A stretch of DNA of 64,000 nucleotides from Chloroflexota bacterium (GTDB lineage Bacteria; Chloroflexota; Dehalococcoidia; UBA2979): contig VGPD01000004.1 in assembly GCA_016875635.1 (NCBI GenBank), forward strand, positions 5,286 to 69,285, in the 5' to 3' direction. The notes under the pieces are model-generated. The model ran no database searches. It was not told the origin of the DNA and worked only from the letters and a program-made list of their open reading frames with translations. Below are positions 1 to 8,678 of the stretch, piece after piece. Each line of letters begins with the position of its first letter. Within the stretch, counting starts at the first letter, position 1. Position numbers and translations under genes: made by a program.

Positions 1-439
1 AGCGCACCTCGTCATCACCGTGGTGCAGGTCGCCGTGCTGACGCTGGTCGCGCAGATGCTGGGTGCGGACCTGTTCCGGGACGTGTCAGGGCTCTGGGCG
101 CCGCTGATTGCGGTCTGCGGCACCATCGTCTTCCTGAACCTCGGTGTGGTGGTGGCCGGGCGCGTGCGGGGGCGCGGGGCCGTCGAGGGCGCGGCGAACG
201 CGATCACGCTGCCGATGATGTTCCTGTCCGGTTCGTTCTTCCCGGTGAGCGCCTTGCCCGAGGCGATGCAGCGTGTAGTGCAGGTGCTTCCGCTGACGCA
301 CATGCTGAACGCGTTGCGCGGCGTCACGATCGAGGGCGAGTCAATCCTGAAGCAATGGCCGTCGCTGCTCGTCATGCTGGGATGGACGGTGGTGTCGTTC
401 GTGGTGGCGCGGATCGCGTTCCGCCTGGAAGACGCGTAG
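1..439 (+). CDS. ABC-2 type transporter permease, C-terminal fragment (gene starts upstream of window)
   Basis: ORF 20..439 is open to the window edge. Hydrophobic TM-rich sequence typical of ABC-2 permeases. Stop at 437-439. Confidence 0.55.
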   Translation, partial: AHLVITVVQVAVLTLVAQMLGADLFRDVSGLWAPLIAVCGTIVFLNLGVVVAGRVRGRGAVEGAANAITLPMMFLSGSFFPVSALPEAMQRVVQVLPLTHMLNALRGVTIEGESILKQWPSLLVMLGWTVVSFVVARIAFRLEDA

Positions 440-444
440 CGCGG

Positions 445-1359
445 CTAGCCGATCAGCATCCGGTCGGCCACCATTGCCCCGAAGAGCGCGGCCAGGTACA
501 GCGTCGAGTAGCGGAACATCGCCCGCGTGCCCTCCAGCCCCTGCCCGCGCAGGATGCGCCACGCCGCGAAGGCGAAACCGACGCCCCCGAGGGCCGCGAC
601 GGCGAAGTAGATGGCGCCCATCGTCGCGACGGCGCCGAAGATCAACGTGACCGCCGCTGTGAGCATGCTGTAGAGGAACGTCTGTCGCTTCGTCTCACGC
701 TCCCCCAGCACGACCGGCATCATCGGGACGTTTACGGCCCGGTACTCGTCCGCGAGGCCGAGGGCGAGCGCCCAGAAGTGCGGCGGCTGCCAGAAGAAGA
801 CGATCGCGAAGAGCAGGGAGCCTTCGATGGTGATGGAGTTGGTGATCGCCGCCCAGCCGATGAGGGGCGGTAGCGCACCCGCGATGCCGCCGACGACCGT
901 GTTATGGACGGTGTGGCGCTTCAGGTACATGGAGTAGATGAAGACATAGAAGGCGAACGCGCCGAGCGCGAGCGCGGCGGACCAGGCGTTCACTGTCAGC
1001 AGCAGCCAGGGCGCCGACGCGAGGCCCAGCACCCATCCGAAGGTCGCGGCGTGGTGCGCAGGGACACGTCCGCCGGGGATCGGACGGTTGCGTGTCCGAA
1101 GCATCAGGCCATCGATGTCGCGGTCGATGTACATGTTGACGGCGCCCGCGCCGCCGGCGGCGAGCATGCCGCCGACCAGGGTGGCGAGGACGAGCCCCCA
1201 GCCGGGCCAGCCATCGTTGGCCAGCACCATCGCCGGCACGGTGGTGATGAGGAGCAGCAGCATGATCGACGGCTTCGTCAGGATGAAGTAGTCACGCACC
1301 GTCTGACGCCATGCGGTCGCCGGGCGCCCCATCCCCACCCGGCGGTCCGCGGCGCTCAT
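445..1359 (-). CDS. ctaB: protoheme IX farnesyltransferase (heme O synthase), UbiA family
   Basis: 304 aa. UbiA prenyltransferase motifs (NMYIDRDIDGLMLRTRNRPIP, YxxxxD-rich loop) and multiple TM segments. ATG at 1357-1359 overlaps the ccmD stop (ATGA). Confidence 0.9.
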   Translation of the reverse strand: MSAADRRVGMGRPATAWRQTVRDYFILTKPSIMLLLLITTVPAMVLANDGWPGWGLVLATLVGGMLAAGGAGAVNMYIDRDIDGLMLRTRNRPIPGGRVPAHHAATFGWVLGLASAPWLLLTVNAWSAALALGAFAFYVFIYSMYLKRHTVHNTVVGGIAGALPPLIGWAAITNSITIEGSLLFAIVFFWQPPHFWALALGLADEYRAVNVPMMPVVLGERETKRQTFLYSMLTAAVTLIFGAVATMGAIYFAVAALGGVGFAFAAWRILRGQGLEGTRAMFRYSTLYLAALFGAMVADRMLIG

Positions 1360-1544
1360 CGAGACGGGCCGCCTCTGGGCGGGGTCTCAGCAGCATCGGC
1401 TTCCGCGTCCGCCAGTCGTTCCTCGAGGCGGTCGACTTCGCGGGTGAGCGAGCGGATGCGTGTCTGGAGCAGGAGCAGGTAGACGAAGAGGCCGGCCCAG
1501 AAGACGGCGAACCCGGCGAAGAGATACCCAAGCTGACCGTCCAT
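1356..1544 (-). CDS. ccmD: heme exporter protein D (CcmD), small single-TM protein
   Basis: Internal ATG at 1542-1544 gives a 62-aa protein MDGQLGYLFAGFAVFWAGLFVYLLLLQTRIRSL... with one TM plus a charged tail. TAATG overlap with the ccmC stop. Sits between ccmC and ctaB. Confidence 0.7.
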   Translation of the reverse strand: MDGQLGYLFAGFAVFWAGLFVYLLLLQTRIRSLTREVDRLEERLADAEADAAETPPRGGPSR

Positions 1545-2254
1545 TACGCCTCCTCGCGCCGGTCCACGGCGGCCCGGAGGCCCAGCAGCCGCTGGCCCAG
1601 CCGTTCCGTGTCCGTGCGTAACAGGATGAGCCACAGTGCGAGCAGGAAGATCGCCAGGGTAGAGATACCGAGGACGGCCAGCATCGAGCCGGGCAGTTGC
1701 GGGTCGAGGCGAGAGACGATCGGCTGCGGGTGGAGCGTGCGCCACCAGCGTACCGACATGACGATGAATGGCACGTCCAGGAATCCGACGATGGCGTACA
1801 CCGCGGAGTAACGCGCGGCCTGTTCATCGCCCGGGTCTGAGACGGCGCGCGCGAGCAGGTAGGCGGCGTACACGAGGAACAGGACGAGCGTGGAGGTCAG
1901 GCGCGCGTCCCACTGCCAGTAGACGCCCCAGATCGGCTTCCCCCAGAGGGAGCCGGTCACGAGGGCAAACGCTGTGAAGAGCACCCCGACACTGGCCGCG
2001 CCCCGCGCGACGGCGTCCCAGCGCATGTCGCGCTTCCACAGCACCATGATCGAGGCGACGAAGACGATGCCAAAGGCGAGGTACATCGCCTGCGCGCTAG
2101 GTACGTGGATGTACATCAACCGCTGCACGTCGCCCTCGACCAATTCGGTGGGGGCGGCGACGACTGCGCCCACGAGCATGGCCAGGATCCCCATGCCGGT
2201 CAGCGGCGGGAGCAGGACCCAGCGCAGGCCGTAGACCCGGTTGGCCGTCCTCAT
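1544..2254 (-). CDS. ccmC: heme exporter protein C (CcmC)
   Basis: 236 aa. Tryptophan-rich WWD-type region (WGKPIWGVYWQWDARLTSTLVLF). Six predicted TM segments. ATGA overlap with the ccmB stop at 2251-2254. Confidence 0.9.
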   Translation of the reverse strand: MRTANRVYGLRWVLLPPLTGMGILAMLVGAVVAAPTELVEGDVQRLMYIHVPSAQAMYLAFGIVFVASIMVLWKRDMRWDAVARGAASVGVLFTAFALVTGSLWGKPIWGVYWQWDARLTSTLVLFLVYAAYLLARAVSDPGDEQAARYSAVYAIVGFLDVPFIVMSVRWWRTLHPQPIVSRLDPQLPGSMLAVLGISTLAIFLLALWLILLRTDTERLGQRLLGLRAAVDRREEA

Positions 2255-2907
2255 CGCTCCACCGCCAGGGGGAACAGGATGATGGCGGTGAGGGTGCTCC
2301 AGAGGGCGAAGACGGCCAGCAGGAGGGTCCAGGGCGCGTCTCCGCCGAAGATGCCGAGCGAACCGCCCGTCGCGCGGACGGCGGCGATCAGCATGGGCAC
2401 GAGGAGCGGTAGCGCCATCACGGGGAGGAGCACGGCACGCGTACGAGGCCCGCTTCCCAGCGTGCCCAGCAACGTGGTCAACGAGGCATATCCGGCCGTC
2501 CCCAGCATCACGATCGCCACCAGTTCGGGGGTCAGGAGCGGTTCATCGAACAGGATAGTCGCGGCGATCAGCAGGGCAAACTCGATCGCGATCAGCGCGA
2601 TCAGGCTGGAGATGAGCTTCCCCAGGAAGATCACGGTCGGACTGACCGGCGAGAGCAGCATGGCGTCGAAGGTGCCCTCCTCCGCCTCACGCTGGAATCC
2701 AGCGCCCGCCGCGAACACGCCGGCGAAGAGGAAGGTGGTCCAGAGGACGCCGGGGAGCAGCGGACGGACGTCGTTCGTCGCGAGGTCGAAGGCGAACGAG
2801 TAGATCAGGATGCTGATCGTGGCGAAGGCGCCCGCGGTCAGCCATCCAGCGCGGTCGCGCCATGCGAGCCGAAGGTCCTTGGCGACGACCGCGAATGTCG
2901 CGTTCAT
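2251..2907 (-). CDS. ccmB: heme exporter protein B (CcmB), ABC permease
   Basis: Real start taken at internal ATG 2905-2907 (MNATFAVVAKDLRLAWRDRAGW...), which overlaps the ccmA stop. Polytopic membrane protein. The upstream part of the ORF is R-rich non-coding-like. Confidence 0.85.
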   Translation of the reverse strand: MNATFAVVAKDLRLAWRDRAGWLTAGAFATISILIYSFAFDLATNDVRPLLPGVLWTTFLFAGVFAAGAGFQREAEEGTFDAMLLSPVSPTVIFLGKLISSLIALIAIEFALLIAATILFDEPLLTPELVAIVMLGTAGYASLTTLLGTLGSGPRTRAVLLPVMALPLLVPMLIAAVRATGGSLGIFGGDAPWTLLLAVFALWSTLTAIILFPLAVER

Positions 2908-3593
2908 GCGCGCGCCCCCGCATGCGGGACAGAGGCACTGACGGTGTCCTCGGCCACGCGCCCGCGGTCGAGCCGGATCACGCCGTCCGCCCATGCCTCG
3001 ATCCGGTCGACGCGGTGGGTCGCGGCGAGCACGGTGACCCCCGGCGCGCGGAGCATCAACTCGTCGAGCAATGCGATGCCCTCGGGGTCGAGGCCGGTCT
3101 CCGGTTCATCGAGCAGGAGGACCGCCGGACGGTGCACGAGCGCCCGTGCGATCGAGAGGCGCTGGTGGGTGCCGCGCGACAGGATCGAGGCAGGTTCGTG
3201 GCGGCGTCGCCAGAGCCCGAGCAGCCGGAGCAGTTCCTCGATGCGTGTCGCGGCGTCGGGCACGTGGTAGAGGCGGGCGAAGAATTCGAGGTTCTCCAAC
3301 GGGGAGAGGGCCTCATACAGCATCGGGCTGTGGCGGAGGACGCCCAGGGAGCGGCGCAGGGCCGCACTTCGCTCGCCGAGAGATCGTCCGGCGATCCAGG
3401 CCTCACCGCTCGTCGGCTGGACCAGTGTGGAGAGGAGGGACAGCAGCGTGGTCTTTCCGGCGCCGTTCGAGCCAGTCAGGGCCACTTTCCGGCCAGCCGG
3501 CACCCGGACCGTGACGTCCCGGACCACATCGACACCCGCGTACCGGCGCGTCAGCGCCCGGGTGTCGATGGCCAACGGGGCCGCGTCGCTCAT
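2904..3593 (-). CDS. ccmA: cytochrome c biogenesis ABC transporter ATP-binding protein CcmA
   Basis: 229 aa. Walker A (GSNGAGKTTLL), ABC signature (LSRGTHQRLSIA), Walker B (LLLDEP). ATGA overlap with the upstream gene stop at 3590-3593. Confidence 0.9.
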   Translation of the reverse strand: MSDAAPLAIDTRALTRRYAGVDVVRDVTVRVPAGRKVALTGSNGAGKTTLLSLLSTLVQPTSGEAWIAGRSLGERSAALRRSLGVLRHSPMLYEALSPLENLEFFARLYHVPDAATRIEELLRLLGLWRRRHEPASILSRGTHQRLSIARALVHRPAVLLLDEPETGLDPEGIALLDELMLRAPGVTVLAATHRVDRIEAWADGVIRLDRGRVAEDTVSASVPHAGARA

Positions 3594-4615
3594 GCGGCGA
3601 CCTCGCGACGCCGCCAGACGATGAACGCTGCCCCGGTGACCACGACCATGACGACCGCTGCCGCGATGGACGCCCCGGGCTGTTCGGTCAGCGGATGGTG
3701 TCGGAGCGTCCCGGCCACACCGTCGATGTCCACCAGGAGCGACTGGCCGGCCTCGATCTTCGTGGGTGTTCGGACGACAAAGAGCACGGTGCGGGCGTCG
3801 TCCTGCAGCACCTGGTTGTCCGCCTGCTCCGCCGGAGCGACCGGCCGGACGGCGCGCACGAACTCTCGAGGGACACGCGCGACGACGGACTGCGCCGGCA
3901 CCGGCACGGTGACGCGGAGCCGGTAGCGGTCGACGGCGGCATCGTATTTCACTAGATACGACGTGATGATGGAGGAGGCCTCCCCGGGGCGGACGGGCGT
4001 GGTGACGGAAAGTACGCCATTGGCCAACGTCCCGCTGCCGTCCTCATCGCTTGCCTCGACGGCGCCCTCGGGCGCAGGAATGCGGAGGGTGACGCCGGAG
4101 GGGCCGCCTGTATAGACGCGGTCGCCGGCGACCGCGACCACATCCTCGCGCAGGATCCCGATCTCTCCCTGCTGCGGGTCGATGCCGACCACGGTGACGA
4201 TCGTCTGGATCAACTGGAGCACGTCCGCGCGGTCGGTCGTCGCGTACACGGTGAAGTCGCGAGTGGCCGACCGCCCGCTCCCGTTGAAGCGCACCGGGTC
4301 ACCGAAGTAGTCGACGCGCTGGTAGTTCAACCGGGGGACGTACGTGCGCGCCTCAACGGCGGGCACGCGTGCCTCGTACGCACCGTTGGCCACGGGGACC
4401 TTCACGCTCCCTGTGGCCTGCGCCCCTTCGAGGATGATCAATTCGACCTCGACCGTGCCCTCGAAGGTCGCGCCGGCGCTGGCGAGGGTGACCTGGCCGC
4501 GCACGATGCCCTCACCGGCCGGTTGCTGGGCGCTGGCGGGCGTCGCGGCCGCGAGCGTGAGGGTGTTGAGCAGGGTGGCGAGCGCGAGGAGTCCGGTGAG
4601 GGCACGGTGGCTCAT
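3590..4615 (-). CDS. uncharacterised secreted, C-terminally membrane-anchored protein embedded in the ccm operon
   Basis: 341 aa. N-terminal signal peptide (LLALATLLNTLTLAAATPASAQQ), about 280-aa beta-rich ectodomain, C-terminal TM (IAAAVVMVVVTGAAFIVW) plus RRRE. Start overlaps the stop of the upstream small gene (ATGA at 4612-4615). Confidence 0.6.
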   Translation of the reverse strand: MSHRALTGLLALATLLNTLTLAAATPASAQQPAGEGIVRGQVTLASAGATFEGTVEVELIILEGAQATGSVKVPVANGAYEARVPAVEARTYVPRLNYQRVDYFGDPVRFNGSGRSATRDFTVYATTDRADVLQLIQTIVTVVGIDPQQGEIGILREDVVAVAGDRVYTGGPSGVTLRIPAPEGAVEASDEDGSGTLANGVLSVTTPVRPGEASSIITSYLVKYDAAVDRYRLRVTVPVPAQSVVARVPREFVRAVRPVAPAEQADNQVLQDDARTVLFVVRTPTKIEAGQSLLVDIDGVAGTLRHHPLTEQPGASIAAAVVMVVVTGAAFIVWRRREVAA

Positions 4616-4896
4616 CGTGTCGCCACCTGGTCAGCGTCGGCGGCGCGGATCGCCTCGGTCACCTCGCGGAGGCGGGGGCCAAGGGCGCGCCGGCCGTCGA
4701 GACGATCGGCCGGGCTGATCCGGCCGGCGGAGGCATCCTCGTCCAGTTCGCGGAGGGCCAGCAGCAGGCGGTCGCGCTCGGCGATCAATTCGGCGGCCTC
4801 GCCGGCCGGATCGCTGATGGGCGTGTCGCCGCGACGCGGGAGCGTGATGAAGATGCTGGCGGCGAGCGCGAAGAGCGCGAGGACGGCCCACTCCAT
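4612..4896 (-). CDS. small membrane protein (one TM plus coiled-coil/acidic tail) in the ccm operon, possible CcmI/CcmH-C-like accessory
   Basis: ATG at 4894-4896 gives 94 aa: MEWAVLALFALAASIFITLP... then AELIAERDRLLLALRELDED. TGATG overlap with the ccmH stop. The upstream 41 codons of the ORF are R-rich garbage. Confidence 0.5.
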   Translation of the reverse strand: MEWAVLALFALAASIFITLPRRGDTPISDPAGEAAELIAERDRLLLALRELDEDASAGRISPADRLDGRRALGPRLREVTEAIRAADADQVATR

Positions 4897-5396
4897 CAGG
4901 CGTCTGCCTTCGCCGAACCGTCTTCGGCGATCTGAGCGTCCAGCCAGGCATCGTCGGCTCCAGCGGTGGCCGAGGCGGGCACGGGCAGCCTCGATCGTCG
5001 TGCGGAGAGGAGGAACCATCCGCCTGCACCCGCGACGAGCACGAGCGAGGCGCCCACCCAGCCGAACAGGACGAGGTTGAACCCCTCGCGGGGGAGGTCG
5101 GCGCGGACACGCGCGCCGTAGCGCTGCTCGAAGTACAGGATGATGTCGTCCGGCGTGGATCCGGCAGTCAACCGCTCACGGATGATCTGCTTCATGTCGG
5201 CACAGATCGCGGTGCCGCAGACGTCGAGTCGCTCGTTCGTGCAGGTGGGGCACAGCAGCTGGCGCTCGATCGCCTGCGCCTGCGCCTCGATGCGCGGGTC
5301 GGGCGAAGGGGGCACCTGGGCGGCGGCGGTCGACGCCTGCAGGAGGGCGCCCGCGAGGAGCGCGAGCGCGATCAGCGGGAGGGATGCTCGCCTCAT
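4896..5396 (-). CDS. ccmH: cytochrome c-type biogenesis protein CcmH (CycL)
   Basis: Start at internal ATG 5394-5396 (MRRASLPLIALALLAGALL... signal/TM). Conserved LLCPTCTNERLDVCGTAICADMK (L-R-C-x-x-C heme-handling motif). C-terminal TM. Confidence 0.85.
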   Translation of the reverse strand: MRRASLPLIALALLAGALLQASTAAAQVPPSPDPRIEAQAQAIERQLLCPTCTNERLDVCGTAICADMKQIIRERLTAGSTPDDIILYFEQRYGARVRADLPREGFNLVLFGWVGASLVLVAGAGGWFLLSARRSRLPVPASATAGADDAWLDAQIAEDGSAKADA

Positions 5397-7393
5397 GCCT
5401 GACTCGCCTCGGTGGAGGCGAGGGCGGTGACGGGACGTCGCACGCGGGCGGGGCCGTATGCCAGGAGCCCGCCGGCGACGTAGACGCCACCGCCGATCCA
5501 GAGCCACATGACCAGGGGATTCACGAAGGCATGGACCTCTGCGACGCCGTCGGCGTTCCAGCCCTGCACAAACAGATAGAGGTCGCGTGTCAGGCTTTCG
5601 TCGAGTGCCACGATGCCGGTCGGCTGCTCCGGGAAGTTGGTGAAGAAGCGCCGCCCCGGCTGCATCAGGGCGACTTCGTTGCCGCCCTCCGTCACGCGGA
5701 TGTCCGCGTAGACCTCGAGTTCGATCCCGTTCACGCCAGGCTCGCGTGAAGTCAACCGTTCATAGGTGAACGTATAGCCGCGTGCCCCGAATGACTCACC
5801 GGGTGCGAGGACGGCCCGTGCCTGTTCCCGGTAGATCGTGGAACCGACCACAGCGATGGCCATCACAGCGACGCCGAGGTGGACGAAGTAGCCGCCGTAG
5901 CGCCTCGGATCCCGGCCGAAGAGCGAGGGCGCGGCCTGGAGCGCGGTGACGCCGCGCGCGCGGCCCACCGCTCGCGCGCTGGCGACGTATTCACGCGACG
6001 TCACGAGTGCGACGGCGATCGCGCCTCCGGTCGCCGCGAGCGCACCGAAGTGGCGCATGCCAAGGGCGAACAGCACGGCGACCGCGATGGCGGCGGCGAC
6101 GGACGGGGGGAGCAGGCGACGGCGGAGCAGGGCGGGGGTCGCGCGACGCCATGGCAGGGCCGTGCCGAGTGCGATGAGCAAGAGCATCACGACGAAGAGC
6201 GGCCCCATCACCTCGTTGAAGAACGGCGGGCCGACGGTGATGCGTGCGTCTTGCAGCAGTTCGGAGAAGACGGGGAAGAGCGTGCCTCCGAGGATGACGA
6301 GCGCCATCGCGACCATGAGGTAGGAGTTGAGGATGAGCCCAGTCTCCCGCGAGGCGAGCGAATCCAGCTCGCTGACCGCGCGCAGCCTCGGGAGCCGCCA
6401 CACGATGAGGACGAGGCTTGCCACGACCGTCACCCCGAGGAGGACGAGGAAATAGGGGCCGACCTCGGACTGGGCGAACGAGTGGACGGACGCGACGAGT
6501 CCGGAGCGCACGTTGAAGGTGCCGAACACGGCGAGGCAGAACGCGGCCAGGACGAGGACGACGTTCCAGGTCTTCAGCATCCCCCTGCGCTCCTGCACGA
6601 TCAGCGCGTGCAGGAAGCCGATGATCGGGAGAAGCGGAAGGATGGCGGAGTTCTCCACCGGGTCCCAGCCCCAGTACCCACCCCATCCGAGCACTGTGTA
6701 CGCCCACCAGCCCCCGAGGAAGTTGCCGACGCTCAGGACGAGGAACGAGGTCAGCGCCCAGCCCCGGGCGTGGCGTACCCATGCGCCATCCAACCGTCCG
6801 GAGAGCAGGGCGGCGGTGCCCAGCGCGAACGGGATCACGGTGGAGACGAGGCCCGAGAGCAGGAACGGCGGGTGGACGAGCATCCCCGGGTCGACGAGCA
6901 GCGGGTTCAACCCATGGCCGTCCGCCGGGATGACCGGGCTCACCCGGAACGGAGAGGCGAAGAAGACGAGGGTGAAGAGGAAAGCGGCGATCACCAGGCC
7001 CAGCGTGGCAACGGCATGTGGCGCGCCCCAGGGGATCCTCGGGACGGTGATCAGGACGAACGCCGCCATAAAGAGCGACATCGACCACGTCCAGAAGAGC
7101 AGGGAGCCGGGCTGTCCGCTGTAGAGCGAGGCCCATCTCATCGCCGTCTGCATTTCGCGGGATGAGACCGACGCCACGTGCGCGATCGAGAAGTCGTTCG
7201 CGAGGAGGGCATAGCCGAGCGTCAGGACGGCGGTCGTCGTCAACAGAGCGACGGCGAGGATGGCGCGCCGGCCGGCGAGCAGGAGGGCGCGGTGGCGCAG
7301 GCGGTGTCCGGCCACGGAGGCGCCCGCGGCGAACAGCGCAGCCCCGAGCGCCGTCAGCAGCGCGGAGGCGCCGACCGTCGCAGCGACGTTCAC
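5393..7393 (-). CDS. ccmF: cytochrome c-type biogenesis heme lyase CcmF
   Basis: 666 aa polytopic. WWD domain (GGYWGWDPVENSAILP). GTG start at 7391-7393. Stop abuts the ccmH start. Confidence 0.9.
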   Translation of the reverse strand: MNVAATVGASALLTALGAALFAAGASVAGHRLRHRALLLAGRRAILAVALLTTTAVLTLGYALLANDFSIAHVASVSSREMQTAMRWASLYSGQPGSLLFWTWSMSLFMAAFVLITVPRIPWGAPHAVATLGLVIAAFLFTLVFFASPFRVSPVIPADGHGLNPLLVDPGMLVHPPFLLSGLVSTVIPFALGTAALLSGRLDGAWVRHARGWALTSFLVLSVGNFLGGWWAYTVLGWGGYWGWDPVENSAILPLLPIIGFLHALIVQERRGMLKTWNVVLVLAAFCLAVFGTFNVRSGLVASVHSFAQSEVGPYFLVLLGVTVVASLVLIVWRLPRLRAVSELDSLASRETGLILNSYLMVAMALVILGGTLFPVFSELLQDARITVGPPFFNEVMGPLFVVMLLLIALGTALPWRRATPALLRRRLLPPSVAAAIAVAVLFALGMRHFGALAATGGAIAVALVTSREYVASARAVGRARGVTALQAAPSLFGRDPRRYGGYFVHLGVAVMAIAVVGSTIYREQARAVLAPGESFGARGYTFTYERLTSREPGVNGIELEVYADIRVTEGGNEVALMQPGRRFFTNFPEQPTGIVALDESLTRDLYLFVQGWNADGVAEVHAFVNPLVMWLWIGGGVYVAGGLLAYGPARVRRPVTALASTEASQA

Positions 7394-7394
7394 G

Positions 7395-7877
7395 TTACCG
7401 GCCGGACGGGGTGGGGCTGGTCAGCCCCTTGAGGATGTCAGACGAAATCGACCCGGGCGGGGGCGTACCGGCGATGAACTCGTTCTCATGCTTGATCACG
7501 ACGGAGGAGGCCTCGAGGTGTCCGGGGCGGTCGGAGGTGCCGTCGATCACGACGAAGGCATAGGGGCCAAAGAGGTTGGGCACGACGCCTGTGTAGGCGA
7601 TCGACATCCGCTCGCCGTGTTCGCCCTGGATCTCGAACGTCATCGACTTGCCGTCCTGCTGAATCGTTTCGGGGACGACCCGCCCTCCGACGCGCCAGCG
7701 AGCGTCGGCCTTGTTCCCGATCTGCTGAGCGAATTCCTCCGGGGTGACGTAGTAGGAGACGGACGAGGACGCGGCCCTGAACGCGAGGAGCCCGATGGCC
7801 GCCGTGGCGACCACCAGCAGCAGGATCAACCGGGTGCGGCGACCCGAGACTCTCACGGTACGGGAATCCAGCGCCAC
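7395..7877 (-). CDS. ccmE: cytochrome c-type biogenesis heme chaperone CcmE
   Basis: 160 aa. N-terminal TM, OB-fold heme-binding domain (RVGGRVVPETIQQDGKSMTFEIQGE...HxxxY region). Confidence 0.85.
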   Translation of the reverse strand: MALDSRTVRVSGRRTRLILLLVVATAAIGLLAFRAASSSVSYYVTPEEFAQQIGNKADARWRVGGRVVPETIQQDGKSMTFEIQGEHGERMSIAYTGVVPNLFGPYAFVVIDGTSDRPGHLEASSVVIKHENEFIAGTPPPGSISSDILKGLTSPTPSGR

Positions 7878-8440
7878 TGCGGCCTCCCGCCGGGTGCGAT
7901 CTCGTTGAGCAGGCCTCGGAGCGTGCGCTCGTCGATGGGGCCGGTGAACTGGGAACGAACCGCGCCACCAGGGGCGATGAAGAACGCGGTCGGCAGTCCC
8001 TGCACGCCGTACTCAACGTACACGGCGCGTGCCTCGTCCGCGACGACGGGGAAGGAGAGCCGGTACTGCTTCACGAACTGGCGGGCATCCTCCGGCTGAT
8101 CCCACATGTTCACACCCAGGAAGACATAACCACGATCTCGATATTCCGGCCAGAGCGCCTCAATGACGGGCGCTTCGGTCTGGCACGGGACGCACCACGA
8201 GGCCCAGAAGTACATGAACACGGGTCGCTGGTTCTCGTGCGCGAAGTCGAAGGGCTCGCCGTTGAACTGGGTGAGCGTGAACGGAGGGGCTGAGGTGAGA
8301 GCCGCGTCCGTGCGGCCTTCGACCGCGCCACCGACGCCACGCTGAAGGGCGATGGCGAGGCCGCCCAGCAGGAGCAGAAACCCCGCGCCGGCCATGAGAG
8401 TGATGAGGAGCGGGGCGCGCGGGCGAGCCATGATGTACAC
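7853..8440 (-). CDS. ccmG: thiol:disulfide oxidoreductase CcmG/DsbE/ResA (TlpA-like thioredoxin)
   Basis: 195 aa. Signal anchor. WCVPC active site (FWASWCVPCQTEAP). GTG at 8438-8440 preceded by GGAGG. Confidence 0.85.
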   Translation of the reverse strand: MYIMARPRAPLLITLMAGAGFLLLLGGLAIALQRGVGGAVEGRTDAALTSAPPFTLTQFNGEPFDFAHENQRPVFMYFWASWCVPCQTEAPVIEALWPEYRDRGYVFLGVNMWDQPEDARQFVKQYRLSFPVVADEARAVYVEYGVQGLPTAFFIAPGGAVRSQFTGPIDERTLRGLLNEIAPGGRPQWRWIPVP

Positions 8441-8542
8441 GAGGCTAGGCCTCCATGGTGGATGACTTCAACAGGTGACCTTCGTCACCAGATTGACCCG
8501 GTCCAGATTCGCGCTGGGCCTCTCGTGGATTCGCGGGGAGGC

Positions 8543-8571
8543 ATCACTCAGGGGCTCCGCGCTTGACCCTG
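8543..8571 (+). promoter_or_regulatory. candidate sigma-70-like promoter TTGACC-N17-TATCAA oriented toward coxB
   Basis: TTGACC at 8543-8548, 17-nt spacer, TATCAA at 8566-8571. About 105 nt upstream of the coxB GTG. Sits in a 238-bp divergent intergenic region. Confidence 0.35.
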
Positions 8572-8678
8572 TAGCGGGTGACGGGTATCAAGGGGGCTGC
8601 GAAGCACTTGGGGTGATCGCACCTTGCGCGCGCGGCAACCGGCGCAGGCGCATTCGAGGTTAGGTACGGGGGGACGCT

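Noticed and set aside
5879-7165. 428-aa plus-strand ORF antisense to ccmF (the same pattern applies to 10187..11680, 12952..14286, 14663..16561, 24326..27349 and 35268..37400)
   Set aside because: These are Arg/Gly/Asp/His-rich low-complexity translations lying entirely antisense to well-supported genes. They are typical shadow ORFs of a 70% GC genome with few stop codons.
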